DNA of 64,000 nt, taken from positions 128,624 to 192,623 of the forward strand of contig NMRA01000310.1 in the NCBI GenBank assembly GCA_002633005.1. The letters run 5' to 3'. This DNA comes from Phoronis australis. Its lineage: Eukaryota > Animalia > Phoronida. Position 1 is the stretch's first letter; each line of letters starts with the position of its first letter. A program made the translations under genes and the position numbers. Of the stretch, positions 38,923 to 52,328 are shown one piece after another. Under the pieces are notes generated by a model that ran no database searches, was not told where the DNA came from, and saw only the letters and a list, made by a program, of their open reading frames with translations.

Positions 38923-41900
38923 TGTTTGGTACGTCATGCGTTCAGATCATGTGATTATTCTCAGTCACGTGTCAAATGGGACTGCAATGATTGGCCTATG
39001 TTTTTAGCTAAACTGAATCAAAACATAATCATAAATGACCAACATAATGAGAGAGCAATACCACGACCAATCGTGTCCTGGCACTCGTTTTTTTTTACAA
39101 AATATCATGACCTGAAGGTCAAAATTTGAAACAGAACGTGTAAATTGCCTATGTATTTTGTTTGCTGGTTGATGAGCCGTGTTTGCGAGTTGGGAATAAG
39201 AACTGTGAGCGCAAGCACGACACTTGGCGCGGGTTGGTGATTCGTGTTTCTGAATATGCCTACGATTTGTGAGACAGAGAAGATGAGTCGTTAAGCCATG
39301 ATGCACCGTGTTTCTGTGTGCGACAGCCGTGTTGTTCGGGTATCCTGATAGCATTGTAGATGGTAGCCGCACAGAAAATCAATGTAATTAGTGACATGTA
39401 CTTTTCCAACAAGGGTGCAACAATCGTCAAAACTGACAAAACATCCCGGAACTGTTTTTACCATCTGACATAAAATCAAAGTTTAAAAAAATTCCAGTGT
39501 AACCAAAATTTAATACGCCACTGGAAGATGCATTGGTACTCGTCTGAGCCTTTCTCTCGTAGAAGCATGATGCGTGATCATGCACCACAAGAGGACTGCG
39601 AGAACTGAATAGTGTCTCTTTAACGGAGAGAAGCCAATGTTTTGGAGATATTCGAACTCAACTGAAATACAAATTAGCGGCCATCTTACTTTAACATTTG
39701 TCTCTATCTCTGTCTTTAAACTAATATGCTTGCAACATTAACGATGTGACACAGCTGGCGTAATTAGCTATCGTGTTCCTGCCTTTCATTTCATTAAGGC
39801 GGCACTGACAACTTCTCGACATTGTGTTGTTTTTATGAAGTGTAACCACGAAACAAGATAATCACGTCAACTATACGCACGAATATGAGCCAGTGGAACA
39901 ATATATTCGAGTTGAAACATATATAGAAGACAACCGGTGATTTCCATTTTTCATAAAAATAACATCCAAGTTGATGTTCTCATCCGCAGCACCTCAAATG
40001 ACTACGAAAATAACATTAAGGAACAGCACTATTTGAAAGTTAACAGGTGGCGCCCCCTCCAGTAAATAAACACAGTCTCATACCAACTCATCAACTTCAA
40101 GTAGTCTTGCGCCTATAAATAAGCGTCAGCACAAAAATTACAATTACAACCACGATGAGTAGCATTTGTCGGATTAAGAAAAAAATTGAGGGTCATTCTC
40201 TTCTCGGTACAAATGCCAAATCAAATACACGTGACATCGTAGCATGCCGTAATCACAACATCAACGATTTTGTGCAGAGTCAATCAGCTTCACCTCAGAG
40301 ACTGGTAGGTGGAGTCACTTTCTCATTTTCGAGGAGAATGGGTGCTAACGTCATGGAATTCCTTTAAAAGATTTGGTTTATAGAAAGGTGGAAACCAAAA
40401 TGAAAACCAAAAATAACTCTCTCACAAGGAGGCGCTGAACAAATGGAATTCGAAGTATGCACGGATGAATACCAAGAATAACACTGCCACAAGATGGCGC
40501 TGAACACACGGAATCGAAGTTAAGGAGGGGAGACGACGAAAATTCGGTGAAGACCATCAATAATTTTGTTCGTAGGTATAGAGGCAAACTAACGTAATCG
40601 GATCTGTCCAAAACCGAAATTGGCCATACTCTCACAATTATCATCTCGGGGATCGTATGTGACAAATTTCATGAATTTCTTCAAGGGTTCAAGGAGGTAT
40701 AGCGAGAACACCGGACGCTCACCACGTACACTCGAAGCCAGACGCTCAGGCCGACGAAGATGATGGCAGCATGCACATTACAAACACGCACCTACGCTCG
40801 TCAGCTCGACTTGAGCTGTCGAATTCTAATATGATAGTTTTCTGGAAATTTCCAATACCTTAGTTCCAAAAGACTGTTCAGTAACAACTCGTAAAATTCA
40901 TTTGAAATTGGAAAAAATTGTTTTAATTCGCTCAAAATAAGAAATTGTCGTCGTACTGCAGTTTAATTGTCAAGTATACGTGTGTGTATTATTCATTCCT
41001 TTTTGTCATCAGTATGTGACGTGGTTGACCGCCCGCTGTTGATGTTCATTCACCCTTCGTTTTGAAAATGAAACGAGCTGCAAAACCACCTCGGGCTCCC
41101 CATTGAAAAAAATACGTCAGCCTATTGGAAGGCTGTAAATGAACACTACTTCGTGAATATTTTAAGATGTTTGAAAATAAGCTGAAAAAGTAACATCTAT
41201 AACGGTTTCAGCTTTGCCGATCTCCCCCGAGTATTCACTAATTTCACCTAAAGTAACGTTAACAATGCGAAGGAAATTGCCTTTCACTTAGACCGTATTT
41301 AGTTATTTGATTATCGTTTGTCTGGTCTTCGTTCCACCTAACTCAGTGTAACAAGGTTCTAATTGATAGCTCGCTTAACACTTGAGCCAGTAAGATACGT
41401 GATGGTATTGCAACAAGCCGAGTAACGCTCGTTATCTTCGCGTCTATTCTTATCCATATGACGCATCAAAACGACAAAAAAGACGACTAAAAGGCGATGA
41501 GGCGTAATCTGGCGAAACGTCTGAGACAGATCAAGCGTACGAGAAGTGCACGTGATACTATTGACTTTTAGTTCAAACTGTGAAGGCTTTGTGACATGCA
41601 TTCTCAAAATACCCGTACAAACACGCAACTGTGGGTGTCGAAATGAGCTGGTGCTTTTTCAGTGTATTTCTGCCGTCAAATAATGCAATAGTACGCGAAA
41701 TAGGTTACCTGCTCCCTTAAATAAACAATAATTTGGTCCGAAATTGCCACCATACTTTATGTAGTCATTGGTGACGGAACGTTTTTAAAGTGGGAGGGGG
41801 GGGGGGGCTGAAAAGTCGAATCTNTCTTTAAAGGATTTAATGCGATGTTATCCTGACAACAAAAATAAATCCCATATTTGGAATGCGTAAAGTTGCTGGT

Positions 41901-41952
41901 AAATACGGCTGAGAAAATGGCGAAGGGATTCATCCCCTGCCCTCGCCGCCAA

Positions 41953-42899
41953 TGCTGTTTCTACCAAAGCGTATTGTCTGTCTTATCACACACTTTCTCA
42001 GAAATACGACGTATTAATTAAAAGTGGTTGGCTGTGTTAATATAATTCACAGTTCATACTGGCATTCACAAGCTGTTAATTAGTCTTATGACTTTTAATT
42101 GTGTACCGGAAATAAACATCTGTCACGACGCTATGAATTTTCTGATGGCCAAACGTCGTTGCGAAGTTCAAATGCCGTAACGAGGCTGAAAAAGGCTTGA
42201 ATGTGCTTTGACGACGCAAAAAGCTAGAATTGACAGAAAAAAACAATATACATTTTCTGAAGATTAAAGTAGACGTTTACACTCTGTAGCAGTGGGAAGA
42301 AAGAGAGTTGAGACTTAAACTACTCCAAAATATCCCGTATGGGCCTAAGGCCATAGCATTACCGGCGAAATGATGCATTTTCTGGGAACGCTGAAAACTT
42401 AACGATCAAGCCATAAACTTGTATTNTGCTGTTTCTACCAAAGCGTATTGTCTGTCTTATCACACACTTTCTCAGACATACGACGTATTAATTAAAAGTG
42501 GTTGGCTGTGTTAATATAATTCACAGTTCATACTGGCATTCACAAGCTGTTAATTAGTCTTATGACTTTTAATTGTGTACCGGAAATAAACATCTGTCAC
42601 TACGCTATGAATTTTCTGATGGCCAAACGTCGTTGCGAAGTTCAAATGCCGTAACGAGGCTGAAAAAGGCTTGAATGTGCTTTGACGACGCAAAAAGCTA
42701 GAATTGACAGAAAAAAACAATATACATTTTCTGAAGATTAAAGTAGACGTTTACACTCTGTAGCAGTGGGAAGAAAGAGAGTTGAGACTTAAACTACTCC
42801 AAAATATCCCGTATGGGCCTAAGGCCATAGCATTACCGGCGAAATGATGCATTTTCTGGGAACGCTGAAAACTTAACGATCAAGCCATAAACTTGTATT
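41953..42899 (+). other. 473-bp direct duplication across a single N (probable assembly artefact)
   Basis: 41953-42425 and 42427-42899 are identical except for two substitutions that I noticed. The N sits at 42426. Confidence 0.9.
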
Positions 42900-43758
42900 C
42901 GACTTCAACGCCATAGTATTTCACCGGATATAAAACCAGTCGTTATTCTTATATGCTTTCTGCCGATTAGTCATGATCTATACTATGACAATGAATAAAA
43001 TATTCACCGACCAACACGCCACGTGTTGCAAAGGCTGCATTGGAAAGCAAACCATCTCTTGACTTGAAAAGGAAATTATGCTCAAGGACAACCCAATTAC
43101 TAAATCCCGAAAAACGAAGCACTAAAAACCTAACGACAATAGAATTATATTTATTGTTGATTCATCAACTCTGATATAAAGTATGAAAGAATGAAAAATG
43201 TAATCATATTTAAGAATGGGGGTTTGAAAATAGCAGTAGGAAATTTTGAATATTTTAGGAAGTAGGAAAAGGTCGTTTCATGACAGATTGTTTCATAATT
43301 TTTTCAAATTTTGAACCGTTTTGAATTTGCGCGATAGAACTATTTCTGCATATCTTTAAGACCCGTAGAAAAAATACTTGTTTTACTACTAACTAAACTG
43401 CATAAGAAATAAAAAAACAAAAGTAAGAATACGCCAGGAATTTTCTGTTGCAGTAGACGCCGTTTGTGATGAACTTCTATTTATTATAGGACAAAAATAT
43501 CCAGGAACAATCCAAGCTTTGCGCCAAAAACTAAAACTGTGAACTCTCTCCAGCAATGCCAACGGCCTTGCCTTGACTACTTGTGTTAAATATGCATATC
43601 CGCTGTCATGGCAACTCTTTACTGGATTTGTAAAGTTGCACTACAGGAATTTGTAATAGTGCCACGCCTTTGATAAAGCCAACCAATAGTATTGGCTTCA
43701 TTTAGTTCACTCTGCTGTGTGTGTTTTATGCAGCTTTTATGCATTTGAAAAGACAACT

Positions 43759-43846
43759 GACAGGTTTACTTGCTCTAGTTGACAGGTTCACTTGCTGTAG
43801 TTGACAGGTTTACTTGCTGTAGTTGACAGGTTTACTTGCTGTAGTT
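43759..43846 (+). repeat. Tandem repeat 4 x 22 bp (GACAGGTTTACTTGCTGTAGTT)
   Basis: Four near-identical adjacent units. Confidence 0.95.
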
Positions 43847-44235
43847 GCCACATATCTAGCTGCAGCTTGTTGTTTATTTTTAGAATAAAACATATTGGTC
43901 AAACGTGAATGCAGCAGTCGTTAGAACGTCCCATCTTTGAAGCACTTCTTTGACAAGTAATACTAAAAAGTAAGCAATGCTGTCCTTAGCCCTGCTTATT
44001 TCAGCAAGTATATCAGGACACTCCCACACTTCAGACCTTGATACCACAGTACACCAGTACTAAGACAATCACTGTTAGCGTACGTGCCCTTCTACAGGCC
44101 TAAAGACGGCGCTTCCATCGCTGTGGCACCCCTTTTGCTTCAAAACTTAGCTAAAAACAACCGATTAACCGGTTTAGAAAAAAGTTAAAACCCATGCATT
44201 TCAGGGATTCTTTAACTATGTAAAAAGTCGCGATG

Positions 44236-44303
44236 CATGGGCGGTGCACCACAAGGGGACTGGGAGGCTATAGCCTCCAGCCCCCTATGGTGCGCCGCCC
44301 ATG
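44236..44303. mobile_element. 68-bp MITE family D (TIR CATGGGCGG), 5-bp TSD CGATG
   Basis: Almost entirely palindromic, flanked by cgatg on each side. Confidence 0.85.
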
Positions 44304-45559
44304 CGATGTGGAGTTACAACATAGTACGCACCACATAAAACTGCCCCTAAGCGATTAGACTCGGTTATTGTCTCTGCCATCTCAGCATTTTTTCAAAACC
44401 TTACAGCTGAGAGTTGACTCAACCATCATTATTTTGTTTTTAATTGATTTTAAATTGAATGGCATGTTTTCTTGTATTTTCATTCAGTTGTTCTTTTTAG
44501 TGTTTAGTTTCCTAACCACAGTAGTTTGAACAATTGTTTCAGTTGAAAACGCCCTGTGTGAGGAAATATGACGTTAACATCGACATTTATTATCGCACTA
44601 ACGGCAGATATTATGGCGTGCGATACATATTATCGCACCCACCTTGAATTGTCGCCTCCAGGGGATCGAACGTGTGGAGTGCGACAATGTATGTCGCAAC
44701 ATGCACAGCGCGTAGAATAGGGTAAACAAGCCGATTTTTACATTACTCTCCAATAAAATGAAAATTTTTCTAAAAAATAACAAGTAAGTGACGAAAACAC
44801 GGATTTTGATAACACATTTATGGCATCCTTTCGTGAATATTAAGGATTGTCAGGGCACAGGGTCCTGCAGATTATTCACCAACGTAGCTTTTATTCCTCG
44901 GATTTCTGCTTTGCAAACTCATGCAGGGGTGATAGTAATACTTCGCGATTGTAGCGCTATCTGTAGGGACTTTAAAAAGGCATGAAACGTGCAAACTTGT
45001 AAAAATACCTTTAAACGGGTTGTTACAAATCTACTTCTTGGGGATACGAACGCCAGACTTAATAATTTTAAATATTGCCAGGAATTCTGGAAAAAATCGC
45101 CAGATTCACTATTTTCGAAGCACATGTGAGGTAAAAATTCTTTCATCACTACACAGTTTTCAAATTCGCCGTCCCTAATAATGTAGATGCGTGCATGCGC
45201 TCAAAGAAGTCGGAGTGGCTGCTGCTTGAAATCGCCATTGTTATGTTTACGTCAAAGATCAAAGGTCACATTTTCCTTGTAAGGGAAACGTGCTATGTCT
45301 ATGTCTTGCCACACCAAATAAGTAAAGGTGCCTTGCCGCCTGGGATAAAGAGATACAATACTGATCCTCGGGTAGATATCGGGGACACGTTACCCACCTT
45401 GCAAATTGCCGGATTTTTGCAGACAACATTGGGATTTTACAATGCGCTCTGCGCGTACGTCAGTAGTTCTCAGGAAGAAAACCGAGTTTTTGACAATCCC
45501 GAATACGTCGGAAATAACATAATTGCAATTTTTGACGTATTGGTTTTAGCATCCTTTAC

Positions 45560-45714
45560 TATGGGCGGCGCAGCACTGAAAAAAGTGGGGACTGAAGCCC
45601 CCTCAGCCCCCCACCCCCCACCGTTGTTCATCGCCTATAGACCATGTGCGGCGTACCACTAAAAAGATTGGCTATAGCCCCCCCCCCCCGGCCCCCTATG
45701 GTGCGACGCCCATG
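45560..45714. mobile_element. MITE family D copy 2, 5-bp TSD TTTAC
   Basis: tatgggcggcgca...tgcgacgcccatg flanked by tttac on each side. Shares ggctatagcc/ccccctatggtgcg with the 44236 copy. Confidence 0.8.
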
Positions 45715-47091
45715 TTTACTCTCTCGTCAACTTACTGGGAAACTCTCGTGACTTGATTTGCTCGTGCATAATTGACTATTAAAGATGGTGCGTGAAACGT
45801 TGGCCTCTTTAAAAAAAGTATAGGGTTTGTACTTAGTAATTAAATTTTATTTATTCATACGGATTTCAATTTCACGAAATACACACGCAGTATGTAATGG
45901 GATATCAAATTGTGAACTCAAGGATTAACTCGTATACTGTATATTGAATTTCCGTGCTTGAAACTTTACTCAGGAGTTATGGTTGGTCACGCTTTCATGA
46001 GTACTAGTAAAGATTTAGGGAACTTCTGGTTAAGTACATTTTGGTGGTCACGACCAGTACATGAGACATTCCCTAGTCTGAGTAATTATATTTATGTTCG
46101 AAGTATGTCCCGAAAATGATACGTGCGTCTTAAGTTCTGTTTCCAGAGATAAAAAGGAGACCGTGCATAGGCGATATAAGGTCATTTATTATGACTGATA
46201 ATGGTACAGAAATATGAGTGTACAGATAACATAAAGATAAAATAATAATCTCTAGAAAGATGGGCAATAAAAAGCGCCACAAGAGATTTTAAGACAGCAC
46301 ATGCCCATCTTCAAGTATAAGGGGATTTAGTAAAAATTTGGTGGTTGCGTGTCCTGCTGGTGTTAATTCGTAGCATAGACCTCAGTAATGGATAAATCCA
46401 GTCACAGTGGCGGATTTAGGGGGGAGAGTAAGAGAGCCATGCCCCCCATAAAATTCTTACAGATTCCATTTGGCAGTTCGGGGGTGCGAATGTCTTACGG
46501 GCAAAATCCTGGCTTATATTCTGCCCTGCCCCTCCCCCCGACTCAAATCTTCAAACCGCCCGAGTCCTGTGGCTCGTAGTAAATACGCGTCGCTGAAGGA
46601 AGTCGTATCCTACGCACTGAACATTTGTCTTCGTATTATACTGCCTACAGCATACGCATAATAATTTTTTATGAGAAGAAAAGAGCAAAATAACAAGCAA
46701 TCGGTGTCTTATGTATTATCTACCGTCTTTCTAAATGTGAAAATAACGACACCTATCAGGATAGTCAACTCGCATGCCTTTTTCCAAACAAGCAAGTCAA
46801 TGCAGTCAGGAGCTTGACTATATTTTCGACTTACACGAATCTGATTTTGTGCTGTGGAGGTTGAAATGAGGCTAACTTTGCAATCACGTGAAGCCAGGTT
46901 GCACAATTTTACTTGTCACGGCGTGACATTTTATGAGTCAAGTATGGTCCCAAGCTGATATTTTTAGGCAAAACAATACTTAAGTACCAATCATCTGAAT
47001 TAGGCGCATCAAGGGATCAGTTTTATATTACATGGTCTTAAATCAAAATTTAGTTTCTTTGACGAAACGCTTTACGTTAACGAAAACATAC

Positions 47092-47220
47092 AATTTTAAA
47101 ACGTTTAACGTTGGCGTTCAACCTCCGAGATAGGTTTTCGAGCTTTGATTTTTCAGTAATGGCGCAACCGGCTGAATCACCATTTATTTTGGGTTGTACC
47201 GTATGGGCACATGTTGCCAT
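47092..47220 (-). CDS. Candidate first coding exon (MATCAHTVQPKINGDSAGCAITEKSKLENLSRRLNANVKRFKI)
   Basis: aagATGG start within the 82-codon ORF, donor ATT|gtatgt (phase 0), possible acceptor tttttag near 47326. Confidence 0.3.
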
Positions 47221-48539
47221 CTTAAAATCAAGTGATACTGAAAGTGCTGCACTTGTGTTTTTCTCGTACACAGACCTATGCGTACGTTGGCGGATTACTC
47301 GCTTTTGTGTCACGCTGTAAAACATCTAAAAACTGAAATGGTATTAACGAATCATTGCGCTACCGTCATCGACACATGTTATAATCTGAGTAGAATCTAA
47401 GCTTACTGCGGGTAAGACGATTAGGTAAATCTAGATGAAGAGACTCGGGTGACGGTAGCGCATCAGGATTTAAACCAGCATGACTAGAGTGACAATTCAT
47501 GACCACATCGCACCATAGCAACTGTCTATAAGACGATTTCACTTGGTTTGAGAGTTACAAACCTATTCGAAGCAACTTCAGAGGGGTATTTCCTCCTAAA
47601 TCACTTTCTAAATCACACGTGATAATGCTAGGTTACACAATCACACAAAACATGTCTCAAACCTTTTCGTATCGTGATAGAAAACGATGCCCATCTCCAG
47701 GATCGTCAATCACGGCGATGATTATTGCAAACTGGTGTCAGAAAGATGTTTTCGAGTTGGCCAAACTTTTCAATATTGGACCAATCAACAGCAAGCGAAT
47801 TTCGAATATTTTTGTAATAGTAAAAATTCATTCATATCATTACAAGAACATTATTGTCACGGTGACTTGGGCGACGCAGTACGTTAGTTTGCACGTGCGG
47901 CTAAAACTTCGCTCACGGAACAAAATAAAAAAGAATTCTATTCTACAATTTATTAACCCAATCCCAAAATTTCACATTCCAACCAATCACTTAAGTGAGT
48001 GTCATTTTTCCAGGATAAGCGAGATAGCTCTCGAGAATTCTCGCGAAACACTCGCCTTTCACTCGCGCGATTTTGTGAAATCTTAATACGTGATCTCGCT
48101 TCTCTCGCAAAAGACTTGGTTTGTCGGAGACATCAACCTATTCTATCATGACTTTGTTTGGGCTGCATGTAGGATGGAAATGTGTTTTTAAACTCTCCAA
48201 TTAACTCAAGGTGAAGTCTTTTTGTGATGTAAGAGAATGAATGAAACACGAATTAATATAACTTTACATAACTGCTGCCGACGGCAAAACGTTACCTGTG
48301 TACAAGGTATAATCTCCGAAGTCAGAAATTTAATCAATCACGCTGCACAACTGTATTGCAAATTTGTAAGTTTGCTCGAAGTATTACATGCACTTGGTCA
48401 CTTTTCAAATCGAGTTTCAAGTATAGGGCCCTGGAAACCTACGATATATAGGTGCTGTATTGTTTTCTCAACAATACCTTTAGACGGATACCAATTTGTT
48501 AATGATGGTCCTACTGACCTAGAAATCTCAAATACAGAA

Positions 48540-48811
48540 CATGCGCGCACCCAGAGGGGCTCAGAGGGTGGGGGGGGGGGTGGGCTTGAACGAGCCCTCC
48601 TCATTTGGCGGAGTGGGCAAAAGGTCCACCTCAGACAAACAAAAACTCTGAAAAAAGTAGAAAACGATACAAAAGTTCAGTAAAAAGGCAAGGACTACCA
48701 AAATTCGGCGAATGCACAAATCGTTACTCTGAACGTACCCCGTGAATCTTAGTAAAACGTCCACATTCTCAAAAATTCGAGCGCCCCATTTTTAGGCTGG
48801 GTGCACGCATT
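48540..48811. mobile_element. MITE family B copy 2, 5-bp TSD CAGAA
   Basis: catgcgcgcacccag...gggtgcacgcatt flanked by cagaa on each side. Confidence 0.85.
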
Positions 48812-49766
48812 CAGAAGTAAGTATCCAAAAGAAATGATGATATTTCACCGCACAGGTATTTCTTTTTGGTCTTGCTGACAAATGACCCTCTTTGATACCT
48901 ACGCCGCCCTATTTTTAGGAAGCAAAATTTATATTTTTTAAGGTAATGAAAACAATTAAATGTCACCTTGACGTCACGAACTCTTGCACGTAGTTGGTAT
49001 TAACCGGAATGGATTTGTTCGACTCGTGCAATACTGTGCTGGCTCTGTCGGAAGAGTTTTTCTCCGCCAGCCTTGCAAGCAGGATCTGCCGATTGGTGAA
49101 CACTGATCGATGTACTTACAAGAGCTCGCCGGAAACATCATCATTCCCACTAAGAGCGACACTGCCAAATCCAAGTCAGGCAATCTCAGTTTTTGCTAAC
49201 ACGTTGTTTTTTCCATCTTCTGTTTCCGTTCTTTCACATCTCGCTGGTATAACATTGCGGCCCACATGATCGATAGCCCGCTTATAACAATACACTAGGC
49301 AACTGGTTTTGACTAGTCTGATTGGTTTAATCCAGGTATCGTACAGCTCAACTGTTTGTAAATATTAAATACTCGGAGGATGAAGGGTTTGGAGCCCGTT
49401 GCTGAAGAGTGGTTCTGCTATACACGTTCATCAGCTTCGTTGGCGAAAATATGTCGGAGGCCATCCTACGCATTAAGGAAATTCACTTATGGAGCATAAT
49501 TCTAAAGAAAACCCTAATTCGTCCAATCAGTTCTGCGCAAATTGAATAAAAGCTATTTATGGAAACGGAATAAGTCAGATGTCAATCCTACGTGTTTGGG
49601 TCAAGTGAAAAAATAGAATAAAGCCGAAAACTTGCGAAAATAATTAAAAATAAATGAGAAATTGACGATACTGATGATGAAATGTTGACGGACTCAGAAA
49701 GACGATAGACAGGTCTCTAAAGTGCTTACCGATAACTGGCAGTCATGTTTTAATATTGAATTTAAG

Positions 49767-50483
49767 TAGTTTTGGCACAAACAAATGGACACACTCAGCA
49801 ACACTAAAACATTCCATTCTATCCCACCTGACGGTTACTGACCCTGCAGCAAACGAGAATTATTGACGTCCCGTCTTTTAGTGTTGATTAAATTTGTAAA
49901 TTTGACACCGACATAGTTTGATACGAGTGATGACCAGTATAATGTAGGTGAAGACGAGGAACGAGAAGTGATGTGTAGTTGAAAACGAGGGAGAAGAAGT
50001 GTACTGAAGTGAGAAGTGCGGTGTAATTGAAGACGAGGGAGAAGTGTGGTTTAGTTGAAAACGAGGTAAAAGTGTAGTTTTGTTGAAAACGAGGCAGGAG
50101 AAGTGTGGTGCAGCTGAAGACGAGGGAGGAGTGTGGTGTACTTGATGACCAGGGAGAAGAAGTGTGACGTGGTTGANTAGTTTTGGCACAAACAAATGGA
50201 CACACTCAGCAACACTAAAACATTCCATTCTATCCCACCTGACGGTTACTGACCCTGCAGCAAACGAGAATTATTGACGTCCCGTCTTTTAGTGTTGATT
50301 AAATTTGTAAATTTGACACCGACATAGTTTGATACGAGTGATGACCAGTATAATGTAGGTGAAGATGAGGAACGAGAAGTGATGTGTAGTTGAAAACGAG
50401 GGAGAAGTGTAGTTTTGTTGAAAACGAGGGAGGAGAAGCATGGTGTAGTTGATGACCAGGGAGAAGAAGTGTGACGTGGTTGA
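49767..50483 (+). other. Direct duplication across a single N (probable uncollapsed haplotypes)
   Basis: 49767-50176 and 50178-50483 share unique flanking sequence but differ in minisatellite unit number. The N sits at 50177. Confidence 0.85.
49945..50483 (+). repeat. Minisatellite with ~28-bp unit (GAGAAGTGTGGTGTAGTTGAAAACGAGG), present in two duplicated blocks
   Basis: Units at 49945-50176 and 50356-50483. Confidence 0.9.
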
Positions 50484-50563
50484 AAATATAGTTGAAAATA
50501 TAGCACAATAGGATTGACTAGCAATCAGTGAGTCACAACTCAGTGTAACAGTGTCAACAACTA

Positions 50564-50605
50564 AAGTTTGACAAAGGTGGGTGTTTTATCGCCGAAACAT
50601 TTACT
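50564..50605 (+). ncRNA. Degenerate minimal hammerhead-ribozyme-like motif (PLE type)
   Basis: agt-TTGACAA-A-[GGTGG...TCGCC]-GAAAC-attt-act: same core variant, 5-bp stem II with wobbles, 3-bp stem I (agt/act). Confidence 0.45.
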
Positions 50606-51799
50606 GGCGGATCTATCATGTCGTAAGGGGGCAACCACAATATTCCAAGTCCGAAAAACGGCGTCTTTTGGTCGTAAATGTAGGGCGCCCAAAGTCCCTT
50701 GACACTTAAACTCTCACAATTGGGGACTCGGGATGTCCAAAATCCTGCTCTGCCGTATGTGGTGTTATATTCGATGAATGTTAAGTATTTTCAATGTCTT
50801 AGAATTTCCAGACCCCTCTGGCCATGACGGTGTATCCGCGTCTTTAACCTACTGGCACGGTAAGACCACGCTTACTTCCCATATTGGCTGTGCAGAATGT
50901 ACAAAGGAAGCGCTCACCATTGTCAGAAACTTCGCCATTCCACGAAACTGGCGTTATGCACAGCCAGCCAGTCAGCCGCCTCAAGACAGAGATCTCACCC
51001 GCACCTGAGTGGGAGAGGGTGCAATTGCCGCTAATACACATTGGCGCTGCTTCACCGGGATGTTTCATTTTATGTTCATTATCAAAGGCTTCCTAGGACT
51101 ACAGTAACTTCACTCTTGCCCCAATAATAGGAGATCTGACTTTGATTTATTTTCCATAAAACAAAAAATACGTCTACATCATGAAGCACGGTTTGAAGCG
51201 TTTTGCTGTAAGTTACATTGGAAATACAACAACAACAACCATAGTATCAAAAACAACAATAACGCAGGAGATTTTTCCAACAATTTCACGAAAAAAATAG
51301 ATTTTCCCTATTTTATTTAGGCAGACTTGCCCACTGACAACTTGACGGCGTATCTGTGCAATTTTCCAGTGTCACGTTTCAATCGGATTACACGGACATA
51401 CTATGCAGACATTAATTCATGAAAAAGGAGCTTAAATGCTTTGGAATTAACTCGGATAAAAACGAGTTGCTGCCTAAATCAATTCTATGTCATTTGTGAT
51501 TTAAGAGTACAAATTTCAACTTGTTACAGTCATATTGAAAATACCCCATTAGATGTAAGTGGCTGAAGGGGTTCAGCGGCTACAGAATGTAACGTGTACT
51601 GCTGCAATGCGGCACACAACAGAACATGCTTGTTAAAAGGCGGAACTAGGTCACATCTGCTCGCCTCGTTTTCGATGCGTTTTGTAAACATGGCGAATGC
51701 GTGAAAGTAGAGAATTATGGTCGGTACCAAACCTGGGACCAACCAAAAGTTTCCTTCGAATTAGTTAATTACACTGCCTTTGCATAAAAACTATATATT

Positions 51800-52328
51800 T
51801 ACACGTGTCCCCATATTTTAAAAGTACTCTTCAATATGAATACTAGTACTTACAGCTTGTGGTGTTTTTGTATACCGGGGGGATCAAATTTTATTTGGAA
51901 AGGCAGAGAAGTTAAAAAATTGAAGTTGGCTCTAGTTACAAACAAACGATGAATGGACCGTTCCGGATCTCCACAGGTGGCGCTCGTAGAGCCTCCGCCA
52001 TCACCGCAAAACAAACTCTTCAACTACGCTCAAATCGAACACAATTTCCACTTCAGAAAACGTGCAAACAGTTATGTTAGTTATTCTCCACCCTCGGCTT
52101 TGTTGGAACGTTCTTAATGTCTGCGTTGAAGCAGTGCTACTGGTTGCGTTTGGCTCCAAAATTCGAAAGTTGTTTTCTTTGCAATGAAAGTTAAATTAGG
52201 CACATTTTTCCTAGTTCTAAGCACTGCAAGAAAAACTTTGGCATTTCTGGAATGACAAAAACACCGATAGGTGCGAGTAAAACCGCATCGCAGTATTCAA
52301 GATTTAGAACAATTTGGGACACTCTGTA
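51800..52328. mobile_element. Possible Tc1/mariner-like non-autonomous element
   Basis: Termini tacac-gtgtcccc and gggacactctgta (TA-CAGNGTGTCCC type), with one indel between them. Confidence 0.45.

Noticed and set aside
45195-45662. 155-aa plus-strand ORF as a gene
   Set aside because: It runs into a family D MITE and shows no recognisable domain or splice support.
47440-47525. tRNA gene or tRNA-derived SINE head on the minus strand (also weak A-box at about 9710)
   Set aside because: Only degenerate A/B-box-like words are present and no cloverleaf can be formed.
47619-48683. 155-aa and 148-aa plus-strand ORFs
   Set aside because: AT-rich, non-protein-like composition. The second ORF overlaps MITE family B.
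49403-49435. Hammerhead cores CTGAAGA (+) and CTGATGA (-)
   Set aside because: No stem II followed by GAAA on either strand.
50800-51096. Exon candidates on both strands (plus ttag|...ACG|gtaaga; minus ctcag|...ATG|gtgagc)
   Set aside because: The splice signals are mutually conflicting, the implied plus-strand intron would be under 40 nt, and there is no recognisable peptide.
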